Positions 36,996 to 46,063 of a stretch of DNA of 53,288 nt are shown one piece after another. The position numbers and the translations under genes are program-made. Under the pieces are notes generated by a model, which saw only the letters and a list, made by a program, of their open reading frames with translations, was not told where the DNA came from and did not search any database. The stretch covers positions 1 to 53,288 of IMG/VR virus record IMGVR_UViG_3300044499_000082; one strand, written 5' to 3'. The stretch is from a virus. Taxonomy: Duplodnaviria; Caudoviricetes. The number at the start of each line of letters is the position of its first letter. Within the stretch, counting starts at the first letter, position 1.

Positions 36996-37379
36996 TTACG
37001 GCGATTCGGGGAGTTTGTCAACTCCTTTTTTGCGCTCGGGGCTGAGACGCACGTAAAAGCGAACGGCGGCGATCATCCCTTGCTCGAACAAAAGGGTCAC
37101 CCGGCCGTTTTTTTTCTGCGCCATGATCCAGCGCACTTTGCGTGTGGCGAATAGCGCAGATCGCTGGGGCGCAAACGCTCCGACCTCATGCCCCGGCGAA
37201 CAATTATCGCAATTCTCACTGACCTCCACGCTGGCCAGCGCGCCCTGGGAAAAATGGAGGTCGATCTGGCCGTTCTTCTTCTCCTCGCGGAAATCGCGGA
37301 CGCAAAATTCAGTCTCCTCGGAGAGGAGTTCGAGAAAACCGGTGCCTTTGCCGGGGTCGATGGTTTCCGCGCGGGTCAA
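36996..37379 (-). CDS. Hypothetical protein with duplicated small beta motif
   Basis: KKNGQIDLHFSQG / KKNGRVTLLFEQG repeats. Confidence 0.55.
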   Translation of the reverse strand: MTRAETIDPGKGTGFLELLSEETEFCVRDFREEKKNGQIDLHFSQGALASVEVSENCDNCSPGHEVGAFAPQRSALFATRKVRWIMAQKKNGRVTLLFEQGMIAAVRFYVRLSPERKKGVDKLPESP

Positions 37380-37762
37380 GTTGCGTCTCCATTGGTAACA
37401 AACCCATGCCAGCCGCAGAGATTATCCTGCTCCAAAATCGATGGCTTGAGTGTAAGATTTTCAAGAGATGTACCGCTCGCATCCCAACGCACCGTTTGCC
37501 CGTCTTTGTTACGCCCGATCTCCGGTGGCACCGGACTTCCTGAGAACCAGACAAGAACGTGATGCGTTCCGACCGGGCCATTGTTCTTGGCGAAACTCTT
37601 CGGGCAAAGAAACGTAACGCCGTGTGCCTCTGCTATCGTTTTCACATGATGAAAAACGTCGCGGATTCCGGACGGGTGCATTATGCCATCGACGAATTGA
37701 TCCTTCGGCACAGTATCGCGCTCGTGGCGCAGGAAGCAGGCTTCCAGAGCAGTCAAGTTCAT
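37376..37762 (-). CDS. DUF6527-like Cys/His protein
   Basis: FLCP...H...W......LTL.PSI......C.WHGFVT.G. Confidence 0.65.
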   Translation of the reverse strand: MNLTALEACFLRHERDTVPKDQFVDGIMHPSGIRDVFHHVKTIAEAHGVTFLCPKSFAKNNGPVGTHHVLVWFSGSPVPPEIGRNKDGQTVRWDASGTSLENLTLKPSILEQDNLCGWHGFVTNGDAT

Positions 37763-40068
37763 TTCTTAAAGCGCAACCTCATCGAGCAACGGCATTGCGG
37801 ATGCGCCGTCGGATGCTGGACGCTGCGGCCGTCACCTGTGGTAAACGGCTCCTCGAGGCCGCGCTGCTGCCCGTCCATGGGCTCGCACACGCTGAGATCG
37901 AGACGGTCGTCGTCGGTGACCAGCCACTCGCGCAGCGTCTTATCTGGATTGAGATAGCCGGCGTCCTTCGCTTCGAGCCAGAGCGTTTGCTGACCGCCGT
38001 TGGAAGCGTTGAGGGTTTCAGTCCTAGCGATATTAAGCGATCGCTGGCGCTCCAGCGCCTTGGCATACTTGGCAACCCGGTCCTCGATGTTCGAAGCCTC
38101 TTCTTCGATCAACTTCTTCTGAAACGCGGCCAGGGCTTTCTCCTGCTGCTTATTGAGACCGATCTGGAGATTTCTGAGATCCCGGGCTGCCTGCTCCGGC
38201 GGGCGCCCCTCGATGATGGCGCGCTCGATCGCCTGCACGATGGCGGCGCGGGTCTGCTCGGTCACGTTAGTGACCAGTTCGGCGCCGTAGCGCCGGATCC
38301 ACGATACAGCCCGGATGTTGGTGAGATCGAAGGCGACCGGCAGCCCGGTTTCTTTGGCGAGAAGTTTGGCGGCGTACTCGCCGGCGAGCGTCAACGTCTG
38401 CTTCAAGACTTTCTCACCCTTCTCGCCGAACTCGGTTTCGAATTGCGCCAAGGGAATTTTGGAGAGCACCACGGATGTCGATCGCGTCTCGAACGCGGCA
38501 GCGATCTCATCGATCGACATCTTCTTCTTCGCGCTATTGACGGCGAACAGAAACGCCTTGCGCATCTCCGGAGTCATCCGGCGCGCAATCCTCTGGATCA
38601 TCACCAGGGCGTCGATCTCGCCGGCCTTGAGCCCCTTCTCATGGAGCCGGTGGCGCGTGATCGCTTCCTCCACGGCGCCGGTATCTTCCGTGGTGTCATC
38701 AGTTCCATCCCCCACGTCGGGCAGCTCGATCTCGGGAAGAACAAATGTGTCGTTTTCCTGGAGGGGTATGGGATTTAAACCGAACGGCACCATGAAAACT
38801 TTCCCCTGATCGTTGGGAAGCGGCTCTTCCTCGCGCAGCGCGCGCCACTCATCGACCATCGTCGACCACGGCGCCGCGGTGGCAACCTTCAAGTTGAATT
38901 CTTTGTCCTCTTGCACCGGCGAGACGTAGTCGAGAATCAAGCGTTCGTCGAAGTCGGGCACCAGCCGCTCTTGCATCGTGGCGCGGAGAAATTCCAGCCG
39001 GGGCACGAGCACCCACCGGGCGGCGAGATAGTCAGCGCTATCGATAGTCGCGCGGTTGGAGTTTTCGATCACGCCGAAGATCTCCGGAGGCATGCCCTCG
39101 GTCTGCATGACCGTATCGCGCACGTGCTTTCGGAGCTCCATCAGTTGCAGATGCTCGAAATTTTGGGCGATGACGTCGACCTTCACTTCGCCGGAAATAA
39201 AGTACGGCTTGAACGTCCGCCAGAATCCCTGAAGCTTGCTCACCCAGTCTTGCTCCAGGCGCTTGGTCTCGGTCTCCCGCAGTCCCTTGCCCGAGACGAT
39301 AATGTCGGGGCGCGCGCGATTATAGAAGAACGCCTTCATGTGCTTGGCGGCGTACTCGTCGGTCTCGAGCTCATCGGCGAGAGATTTGGCCACGCCGACG
39401 CCGCGGCCGTAGGGATTGCTGGGGTCTGGATGGATGAACCATACGATTTCGCTGGTGGGAATCTTTCCCTGCCAGCCCATGAATTTGACCTCGAAATAGG
39501 GTTTCGCCGGCGTGGGCGTGGCCAACACCCAGTGAGGCGGCAAAGGCCATAGGCCGATCGGCATGCCGAAGTCGTTTCGCTCCTTGATCCAATAGGCTTC
39601 GCCGACGAGCTCGAGATAGATCTGAGTCAAACGCTTGGTCGAAAGGCCGAGCACGAAGGAATTGGAGGCCTCCATTACCTGCGGCAGCGGATGGTCGACC
39701 ACCTCTTCAAGCTGGCGCTCTTTCTTGAGGAGCTTGAAGATCCGCTGGCGGGTATCGAAGTCAGCGCGCTGGAGATCCCGGCGCCACTTCACATCGCCGG
39801 TATCGGAGCGCACCACGAAGACTTTCCACTCCACGCAGGCAATGCTCGAGGCGATCTTGCCGACCACGGCATTGACCCATGGCATGTCGGCATAGCTCTT
39901 GATGAGTTCGGCGATCCCTCGAGGCGGCGGCGACCCCGGGCCGCCGGGAAACAGCCCGGCATAGACGCCGAGGATGTCCTGGGGCGTCGGTGACTTGAAG
40001 AGGCCGCGGATCGCGCGGCCGGCGAGACGCAGGCGATCGCCAAGAGCGATTTGGAGTGAGCCTTCCAT
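37759..40068 (-). CDS. Portal protein fused to MuF (gp7-like) minor head domain
   Basis: HK97 portal motifs (L.L.GEAYW, PL.P, P...P.G.G, FF.N.ARP, G.PP); C-terminal IARTE...W....D.R....C..MDG...HP.CRC. Confidence 0.92.
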   Translation of the reverse strand: MEGSLQIALGDRLRLAGRAIRGLFKSPTPQDILGVYAGLFPGGPGSPPPRGIAELIKSYADMPWVNAVVGKIASSIACVEWKVFVVRSDTGDVKWRRDLQRADFDTRQRIFKLLKKERQLEEVVDHPLPQVMEASNSFVLGLSTKRLTQIYLELVGEAYWIKERNDFGMPIGLWPLPPHWVLATPTPAKPYFEVKFMGWQGKIPTSEIVWFIHPDPSNPYGRGVGVAKSLADELETDEYAAKHMKAFFYNRARPDIIVSGKGLRETETKRLEQDWVSKLQGFWRTFKPYFISGEVKVDVIAQNFEHLQLMELRKHVRDTVMQTEGMPPEIFGVIENSNRATIDSADYLAARWVLVPRLEFLRATMQERLVPDFDERLILDYVSPVQEDKEFNLKVATAAPWSTMVDEWRALREEEPLPNDQGKVFMVPFGLNPIPLQENDTFVLPEIELPDVGDGTDDTTEDTGAVEEAITRHRLHEKGLKAGEIDALVMIQRIARRMTPEMRKAFLFAVNSAKKKMSIDEIAAAFETRSTSVVLSKIPLAQFETEFGEKGEKVLKQTLTLAGEYAAKLLAKETGLPVAFDLTNIRAVSWIRRYGAELVTNVTEQTRAAIVQAIERAIIEGRPPEQAARDLRNLQIGLNKQQEKALAAFQKKLIEEEASNIEDRVAKYAKALERQRSLNIARTETLNASNGGQQTLWLEAKDAGYLNPDKTLREWLVTDDDRLDLSVCEPMDGQQRGLEEPFTTGDGRSVQHPTAHPQCRCSMRLRFKK

Positions 40069-40070
40069 AT

Positions 40071-40262
40071 TTATGCCGCCTTTCTCAACGCCGATCGCGC
40101 CCGCCTTGTCTCGGCAGCCTTTTTTCCGCCCTCTTTGCGATGCCGCTGGACGATCTCGACGCGGTCGCGGAGCGCGACCCAGTGCGCCGCGGCCTGACCG
40201 TTGATTACGTCGATCTGCCGGCGCACCTGATGCATCCTCGTTAGTGCTTCAGCGTCGGTCAT
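40071..40262 (-). CDS. Hypothetical protein
   Basis: 63 aa ORF directly before portal. Confidence 0.45.
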   Translation of the reverse strand: MTDAEALTRMHQVRRQIDVINGQAAAHWVALRDRVEIVQRHRKEGGKKAAETRRARSALRKAA

Positions 40263-40280
40263 CGGCTTATTTTTTCGTCG

Positions 40281-40703
40281 TCACTGTGCAAGTAAGCCTA
40301 AGCCGGCTGGCGCTCCTGGCACAGTTCCAGCGAAAAAACTTATCTCGTTCGTCGGTGCCGATTCGCCGACGGGATTGCCGGCCAGCACGACGCAAAAGTA
40401 AGTCCCCGGCGAGCTCGCCGTCGCGGCGCTGACCGGGATCGTGTATAGGTCGGTGCTCGACTGAGCGAAGCCCTGACTGAACGACGTGACATAGTTTCCC
40501 GACGACACTCCGCACTTCGATTTAAAATACGTCGGTAATCCCCCCGAACCCTGAACCCACGAGAACTGGAGCTTGGCTTTAGTGATGTCGACCGCGGTGA
40601 CCGTCTGCGCCTGCGCCACCGCCGGCAGCAAACCGAGCAGAAACAGCACGATGACGGCAGCCGAGCCGAATAACTTCATCAAGCCGATCGATTTGAATTG
40701 CAT
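40281..40703 (-). CDS. Secreted fibronectin type III-like protein
   Basis: Signal peptide ending AQA; SW, G..SG.Y, GTYF.VV.A.N..GES..TNE; GGAGG RBS. Confidence 0.75.
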   Translation of the reverse strand: MQFKSIGLMKLFGSAAVIVLFLLGLLPAVAQAQTVTAVDITKAKLQFSWVQGSGGLPTYFKSKCGVSSGNYVTSFSQGFAQSSTDLYTIPVSAATASSPGTYFCVVLAGNPVGESAPTNEISFFAGTVPGAPAGLGLLAQ

Positions 40704-40834
40704 CTGTGACCCTCCTATGCCTAACGCTGTCATAGCGTGGGCATCATACATGATTTCGTAGCAAAGGCCAAAAAAAGGCCGTTCAGTAAAAATTCCTTCT
40801 GTCGCCCCAAATTTTCTGATAGATACGGACCTAA

Positions 40835-41446
40835 ATGGTCCTGGAATTAATTCCGCAGAAAATTTCCGCGAGGTTTCATGTCGAAGAACGACGACATGCG
40901 ATAGCGATTCTCGCAACAGATCATCGCCAGGAATTTGAGGACATTTTGAATTGCCTCGATCAGTTTGAGCTCCTCAGAAGTGAGATCGAGGTGGGCGGGG
41001 GTAGAAAATCGAAAATCGCAAGTCGGTTCGATAAATTCCTCGAAGCGAGGGGTTGGCAGGAAAAAGCCATCAAGGTTTCAAGAACCATTGGAGACAAAAC
41101 TGTCGATTCCGAAACCCATAAGGTGGATTTTTGCAAAGGTCGGATCGCAGTTGAAGTCGAATGGAACAATAAGGACCCGTTTTACTCGCGCGACCTGAAT
41201 GCTTTCAGGCTTCTTCACGAGCTCGATGTGATATCGGTAGGCGTCATCATCACCCGGATGGATGAGTTGCAGGAAATTTTTAACAAGCTTACGGACAGTG
41301 ACGGAGAGCCATGCGGGAGAAAATACGGCGCCTCAACGACCCACTGGAGTAAATTGATGCCGCGCGTAGACGCCGGCGGCGCAGGAATGTGCCCGCTCCT
41401 ACTTGTTGGAATTAGCAAGCGCTGCTATCGCGACGACGTCCGTTGA
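40835..41446 (+). CDS. BglII/BstYI-family restriction endonuclease
   Basis: GGG.KS, GW.E, THKVD..K.RIAVEVEWNNKDPF..RDL..FR.L, KYG.STTH..KL. Confidence 0.88.
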   Translation: MVLELIPQKISARFHVEERRHAIAILATDHRQEFEDILNCLDQFELLRSEIEVGGGRKSKIASRFDKFLEARGWQEKAIKVSRTIGDKTVDSETHKVDFCKGRIAVEVEWNNKDPFYSRDLNAFRLLHELDVISVGVIITRMDELQEIFNKLTDSDGEPCGRKYGASTTHWSKLMPRVDAGGAGMCPLLLVGISKRCYRDDVR

Positions 41447-42052
41447 GCCACCCCCATATCCTTTGTAAATCAGCCGGCGGCTTTCATAGCTGTCCACTTC
41501 ATCCCCCCACTGCTTCCAGCCGGAAACCCGCTTTCGCGCGAACAGTTCAAGGCGGGGCCCCGGACTGCACCGCTCGATGACATCGTAAATCGATTCGGGC
41601 TTGCGCGAATGTTCTTGTTTTCGGCTTACCATTATATTGACTTGGCTCCGGCCGGGCGCCAGTGTTCGAAGCTTCCCTTTCACCCCAAAGAGCACGAGCT
41701 CAGTGACATTTCTAAAATAAAACCCGACGCCGCGGCCGTCCGGACCGCCATCCTTTCTCACCTTGTACCAGACCAAATTGGTCTTGTAGGTAAAGCCCCA
41801 CGCCTTCATGACGTTGAGCGCTTCCGGGAGGAGCGCATTGGGACACCAGAGATACACATGACTTTGCGGGAGTGTGAGATCGTTGATGGGAAGAGCCGCG
41901 ATTTCATCGAAGCTCATCGTGTTGTAGCGACGAAGCCGTTTGTGTTCCGGCGCAATCTTGCCGGTGGAGTTCAAGAAGCGCCATGGAGGATCGATCAAAA
42001 TGGTTCCGAACTGACCTGATATTTCGCCCAGCTTATGCTCGATTCTGGTCAT
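41399..42052 (-). CDS. MT-A70 family adenine methyltransferase
   Basis: DPPW, YLW.PN, AWGF.YK, G.GFYFRN.TE, EHSRKP, LELFAR. Confidence 0.95.
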   Translation of the reverse strand: MTRIEHKLGEISGQFGTILIDPPWRFLNSTGKIAPEHKRLRRYNTMSFDEIAALPINDLTLPQSHVYLWCPNALLPEALNVMKAWGFTYKTNLVWYKVRKDGGPDGRGVGFYFRNVTELVLFGVKGKLRTLAPGRSQVNIMVSRKQEHSRKPESIYDVIERCSPGPRLELFARKRVSGWKQWGDEVDSYESRRLIYKGYGGGSTDVVAIAALANSNK

Positions 42053-42055
42053 GCC

Positions 42056-42256
42056 TCATTCTTCCTTGGGCATCTCGAGACTCAAGGGCAACTGTTTTTC
42101 TGCATAATCATCTAAGAGCCTTCTGACTGCATATCTTCCGAGCCAACTCATAGAGCGTTCCGACTTGGTCGCCATTTTCTCCAGTTGGGTGTATTCTGGG
42201 CTGGAAAGCAGGACACTCACCCGGGGCGGCTTCTTTTTATTACCTCTTTGCTTCAT
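42056..42256 (-). CDS. Ribbon-helix-helix regulator
   Basis: RVSVLL...Y.QLE.MA....RSMSWL.RYAV. Confidence 0.75.
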   Translation of the reverse strand: MKQRGNKKKPPRVSVLLSSPEYTQLEKMATKSERSMSWLGRYAVRRLLDDYAEKQLPLSLEMPKEE

Positions 42257-42343
42257 GCTGCGATGTGCTGCACTATGCAGCTTCATCTAATATCACTACG
42301 CGAATTCGTATGTCAAGCCCCTTATGTTCGATAGTCGCCTCTC

Positions 42344-42769
42344 GTGACCCTCTGGCAAAAACTCATCCGCAACTGCGTCAAAACGCCGACCGGCTGCTGG
42401 CGCTGGCAAGGCGCCCTCGACAAAGACGGCTATGCGATCGTGCGCGTCGGAAAGAAGGTCCGCCGCGGCCACGACGTCACCTGGGAGATCCGCAACGGTC
42501 GGCCGATCCCGCCCGGGCACCAGCCGGATCACACCTGCCGGCTGACTTCCTGCATCCGGCCGCATCATTTGGAGCTCGTGACCTGCGGCGAGAACAAGAA
42601 GCGCGCCTGGCTCTATCAGAAGCGGGCGACTCATTGTCCGCAGGGGCACGCGATGACGCTGGCGAACACGTACCGGAGGCCGGGGAGAAAATTCCGGGAG
42701 TGCCGGAAATGCCAAGTGCTTTCGCGCGAGGCCGACGAGCCGCTATATAGACAGCGATCGAGCACGTGA
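42344..42769 (+). CDS. HNH endonuclease
   Basis: GCWRWQG...DGY...DHTC....CIRP.HLE.VT..EN; THCPQGH..RECRKC. Confidence 0.88.
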   Translation: MTLWQKLIRNCVKTPTGCWRWQGALDKDGYAIVRVGKKVRRGHDVTWEIRNGRPIPPGHQPDHTCRLTSCIRPHHLELVTCGENKKRAWLYQKRATHCPQGHAMTLANTYRRPGRKFRECRKCQVLSREADEPLYRQRSST

Positions 42770-42804
42770 AGTAATATAGGCCATCGCACATTAAGGAGGC
42801 ATCG

Positions 42805-43209
42805 ATGATCTTTCTAGCGCTAGCGCTCGCCGCAACAACTTATGCCATGCCAGATCCATCGCTGACCCCGGGCACGATTCGACCCCTGGCGGTACAGCAA
42901 ATATGCACAATCAAGTGGGGCAAGGATCGACGGCATGTTACGGCAAAAATGAAAAAGCAGGTTTGCGAAGCGTACAAAGCCGAGAACTGCCCGGGCAAGG
43001 AATGGGAAATCGATCACTTGATCTCACGCGAGCTCGGCGGTGCCGATGATGTCAAAAACCTATTTCCGCAGCCCATCAAAGAGGCCCACGAGAAGGACCG
43101 TATTGAAAACTGGCTTCATCGGCAGGTATGCGCTGGAAAGATTTCGCTCGAGGACGCCCAGAAAGGCATCGCCGGTGACTGGACGCAATACCTGACAGGA
43201 ATAAAATAG
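42805..43209 (+). CDS. HNH-like protein with predicted signal peptide
   Basis: Hydrophobic N-terminus; LTPG, EIDHLIS.ELGG.D...NL.PQ, KD..EN.LH..VC.G. Confidence 0.75.
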   Translation: MIFLALALAATTYAMPDPSLTPGTIRPLAVQQICTIKWGKDRRHVTAKMKKQVCEAYKAENCPGKEWEIDHLISRELGGADDVKNLFPQPIKEAHEKDRIENWLHRQVCAGKISLEDAQKGIAGDWTQYLTGIK

Positions 43210-43256
43210 AGGCTACGCAGCTCGTCGCCGATACCTGGTTGATCGTCGTACGCACG

Positions 43257-43646
43257 ATGACTGAACGAGAGCAGATCACGAAACTCTTCTCGCTGCTCGA
43301 TACGCAGCCGATACTGCCATTCCCGAAGGCGCGTGATCGGCTGGATGCGCCAGATGTGCATGGCGTTTATGTAATCAGAGATCCCATGCGACGAGTGGTC
43401 CATGTCGGCCGGACTTATCGTGGGCAAGCAGGACTATTCCAGCGACTTCGGAATCATCTCTCCGCCCAGTCTTCATTTGTCCTTGTCTATTTGAAGGGTG
43501 ACAGCAGCAAACTGAGAGATGGATTCACCTTTCAATATCTCGAAGTGCCAAACGATCGCGAACGGGCGCTCCTCGAACACTTCGCTACCGCGTGGCACTG
43601 CCCAGCGCACTTGGGTTTGGGCGCTCGCCGAAGAGCCATGCCATGA
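43257..43646 (+). CDS. GIY-YIG-like nuclease
   Basis: GVYVI......VVHVG.T......L.QRL..H...R..LE. Confidence 0.7.
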   Translation: MTEREQITKLFSLLDTQPILPFPKARDRLDAPDVHGVYVIRDPMRRVVHVGRTYRGQAGLFQRLRNHLSAQSSFVLVYLKGDSSKLRDGFTFQYLEVPNDRERALLEHFATAWHCPAHLGLGARRRAMP

Positions 43647-43708
43647 AGCCGGCCAACACCTACGGGAGGCCGGGGCGGAAGTTTCGGGAGTGCAGGAAAT
43701 GCCGTTAA
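43637..43708 (+). pseudogene. Remnant of the 3' end of a second HNH gene
   Basis: 54/66 nt identical to 42647-42712, differences mostly synonymous. Confidence 0.75.
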
Positions 43709-43731
43709 GCGATTACCTCGAAAGGGTCGGC

Positions 43732-43947
43732 TTAGCCGTCGATCATCCACTTTCGGTGTCCGCATCGTGGGCAGTACCATTCCGATTGCGTCACGGGCGG
43801 CACATTTTCCGGGTAATCAATCGCCGTTATTTCTGGCTTTATTCTACCCTGAAGGGGTAATCTGACTCCGCCCTCGGTCCGCTTATATTCTGCATGCGGA
43901 GCGCCTCGTAAACATTGCCTTTCGTTGACTTCCGGCGATCTATCCAT
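43732..43947 (-). CDS. Small Cys-containing hypothetical protein
   Basis: CPRCG motif; coupled ORF. Confidence 0.5.
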   Translation of the reverse strand: MDRSPEVNERQCLRGAPHAEYKRTEGGVRLPLQGRIKPEITAIDYPENVPPVTQSEWYCPRCGHRKWMIDG

Positions 43948-44302
43948 TGGCGGCTTCCCGACGAACCTCGACGATCCAGACCAAGCAATTAATGTGAAAC
44001 CGCAGCTCTAACGTCTTCCCAAGATCGGTTTTCCACATGCGAATGGGCATATCGCAAACGTCGCAGCCACCGCAATATTCGATGTGATCCTCCCAGAAAG
44101 GGTCCCGCTCATCCCTGCCGATCATCTTCCCGCACCAGGAGCAGACGCATTCCTCGGTCCCCTCCTTGGGCGACAGATCGGACCAGCGCTCCTCCAAAAT
44201 CTTCATCGCCTCCGGATTGATCATATACGTCATCGGTTGAAATTCTTTCACGCGACCCATTTTCCTGCCTTTCATGCCCCAAACGGCAACCCCTATGCCC
44301 AT
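43940..44302 (-). CDS. Cys-rich hypothetical protein
   Basis: CSWC...C..C..C...FH..C. Confidence 0.6.
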   Translation of the reverse strand: MGIGVAVWGMKGRKMGRVKEFQPMTYMINPEAMKILEERWSDLSPKEGTEECVCSWCGKMIGRDERDPFWEDHIEYCGGCDVCDMPIRMWKTDLGKTLELRFHINCLVWIVEVRREAANG

Positions 44303-44303
44303 C

Positions 44304-44729
44304 TCAGATGAAATGCGGCAGATCGCCGAGATCGACGCCCATACGTCTGAGATCGGCCAATCTCATATCGAAGGCAGCTTCCAGGCGCTTCGCGGCGACC
44401 AGCAGCGATTGCTTGCCCTGCTTGGCAGAATAGTATTCCTTCTGCGCCTGGCGCATCTGATAACCGACCTTGATGGTGCTCTCTAGCTCGAGGAGAAGCT
44501 TCGCCTTGGCGTCGGTGATCGATTCGTGGAGCTTGGCGGCAGCCTCAAGAATTTTTTCCGAGGAGTCTTTGACGAGCGAAGGATCGCTCTGCAGCGCGAG
44601 GCCGTCGAGATCGATCACCCCCTCCCGGTCGTCGATCGCGTGCTCGTACCCGGCGGCTATCAGCGTGGCTTTGACCTCGTCGTAGACCGACGGGGAGACT
44701 TCAACGATCGCATAGGTGTGAGTCATCAT
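44304..44729 (-). CDS. Hypothetical phage protein
   Basis: THTYA..EVS...YDE....L..AGY.HA; MR.AQK.Y. Confidence 0.65.
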   Translation of the reverse strand: MMTHTYAIVEVSPSVYDEVKATLIAAGYEHAIDDREGVIDLDGLALQSDPSLVKDSSEKILEAAAKLHESITDAKAKLLLELESTIKVGYQMRQAQKEYYSAKQGKQSLLVAAKRLEAAFDMRLADLRRMGVDLGDLPHFI

Positions 44730-44926
44730 CTCTCCATTCTCGGCCGCTTGGATTTTTTGATGTTGCGCACGGCTTCTTTCTGCCGATCGGTGGCGTGCTG
44801 CACGAGCTTGACGCGGTCATGGATGCCGGTCAGCGGCCGGTCCGCGAACTCATAACCGCCGGCGGCGCACATCTCTTCGATCTCGGCCAGGAGATCGGAC
44901 CACTTGCAAGTGTCACACATGTTCAC
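44726..44926 (-). CDS. Hypothetical protein
   Basis: Coupled 66 aa ORF. Confidence 0.55.
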   Translation of the reverse strand: MNMCDTCKWSDLLAEIEEMCAAGGYEFADRPLTGIHDRVKLVQHATDRQKEAVRNIKKSKRPRMER

Positions 44927-45498
44927 TCCTGCCGTAGAAATTCGATGTATTCTTTGAACCGCGCGGGCTCGACGTGCTGGCAGTGCAGGAGTGTCGTTTG
45001 CTTCGACTCCACCCGCGGATGCGTCATCAACGCCCCGACCTTCCCCATCCTTCCATAGGGCGCCAGGCCGATGATCTCGTCGCGCGGCGACCAGTAGACT
45101 CTCACACGGTTGAACTTATCCTCGAAGTAGCGCCAGTCCGTAGCTTCCGGCGCCGCCGGCGCGAGGAGGATGACGTTGTGGCACTTCACTCTCCGCTCCG
45201 CCATGAGCGACCAGGCAACGTATCCTCCGAAGCTATGCGCGATGACGTTGGGCGCCGGCTCGTCCGCGAGAATCCGCCGCACATAATTCTCTTCGCTGCT
45301 CACAATCCGGTCTCGATACCAGCCGAAGGCGGACAAAACGCCCGACACAAAGCCATACTCGCGAGGCCGCACGTCAAGCTCATATCTCGCCATGTCTTCA
45401 AACACTTCGATCCAGGCCAAATCCCTTGACCTCGTCCAGATCCCATGAATCGCCAGCGTCGCTCGCTTCACTTCTTGCTCCACTCGCGGCGTTTCCAT
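44923..45498 (-). CDS. Alpha/beta hydrolase
   Basis: IHG oxyanion motif, AHSFGG nucleophile elbow, acidic D, late H. Confidence 0.8.
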   Translation of the reverse strand: METPRVEQEVKRATLAIHGIWTRSRDLAWIEVFEDMARYELDVRPREYGFVSGVLSAFGWYRDRIVSSEENYVRRILADEPAPNVIAHSFGGYVAWSLMAERRVKCHNVILLAPAAPEATDWRYFEDKFNRVRVYWSPRDEIIGLAPYGRMGKVGALMTHPRVESKQTTLLHCQHVEPARFKEYIEFLRQE

Positions 45499-45510
45499 CG
45501 GGGGGTTCCT

Positions 45511-46050
45511 TCAGTCTCCATAACTCCTGCAGGTTTCACACAGACACCCGGGACAACCGGAGGCATCCGGCCACCACTCAGGGCATTCGTCCCACTGCTC
45601 GGTGGCCAGGAGGACGCTGCGTGCCGGCACGTCGAAGAACCTCTGGCGGCCTTTCCAAAAAAACGGTTCGTTGAAGCGCACGGCATCCGGGCATTCCCAA
45701 GCGACGCGACCGTTGCGGTAATCACCGAAGGCCTCCTCGTGCGGGCGGCCTGCGAGAATCTCTTCCTTGACGCCATCGAGAAGGAGATGCGTTTTGGACA
45801 GATTCACGGCGCCGAGGACATGCCCGCGGCGGATCGACCAGAGAGGGTCGTCTTTGAGCGCGGTCTCGAACGGCTCCTCCCTGGCCAGTTTCAATGATTG
45901 CGGCGGCATGCGCATGGCCGAATGAATGAGCAGAATTCCGCGGTAGCTGGTGTCCCACCTGCGGGTCTCGAACATCTTGCGGTACCCGGTCGAGAGAAGC
46001 ATTAGCGACGCCCAGGGCTGCCAGAGGGAGATGGCTTTGACGAATTCCAT
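45511..46050 (-). CDS. ASCH domain protein
   Basis: AISLWQPWASL.....K.FETR.W.T.YRG.LLIH. Confidence 0.88.
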   Translation of the reverse strand: MEFVKAISLWQPWASLMLLSTGYRKMFETRRWDTSYRGILLIHSAMRMPPQSLKLAREEPFETALKDDPLWSIRRGHVLGAVNLSKTHLLLDGVKEEILAGRPHEEAFGDYRNGRVAWECPDAVRFNEPFFWKGRQRFFDVPARSVLLATEQWDECPEWWPDASGCPGCLCETCRSYGD

Positions 46051-46063
46051 ATTTACGTCGCCA

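Noticed and set aside
40835-41446. Assigning AGATCT or RGATCY as the nuclease target
   Set aside because: Family membership does not fix specificity, and such sites occur repeatedly in this genome
42647-43702. Diverged repeat pair as DGR template/variable region
   Set aside because: Differences are mostly synonymous and not adenine-specific; no reverse transcriptase in the window
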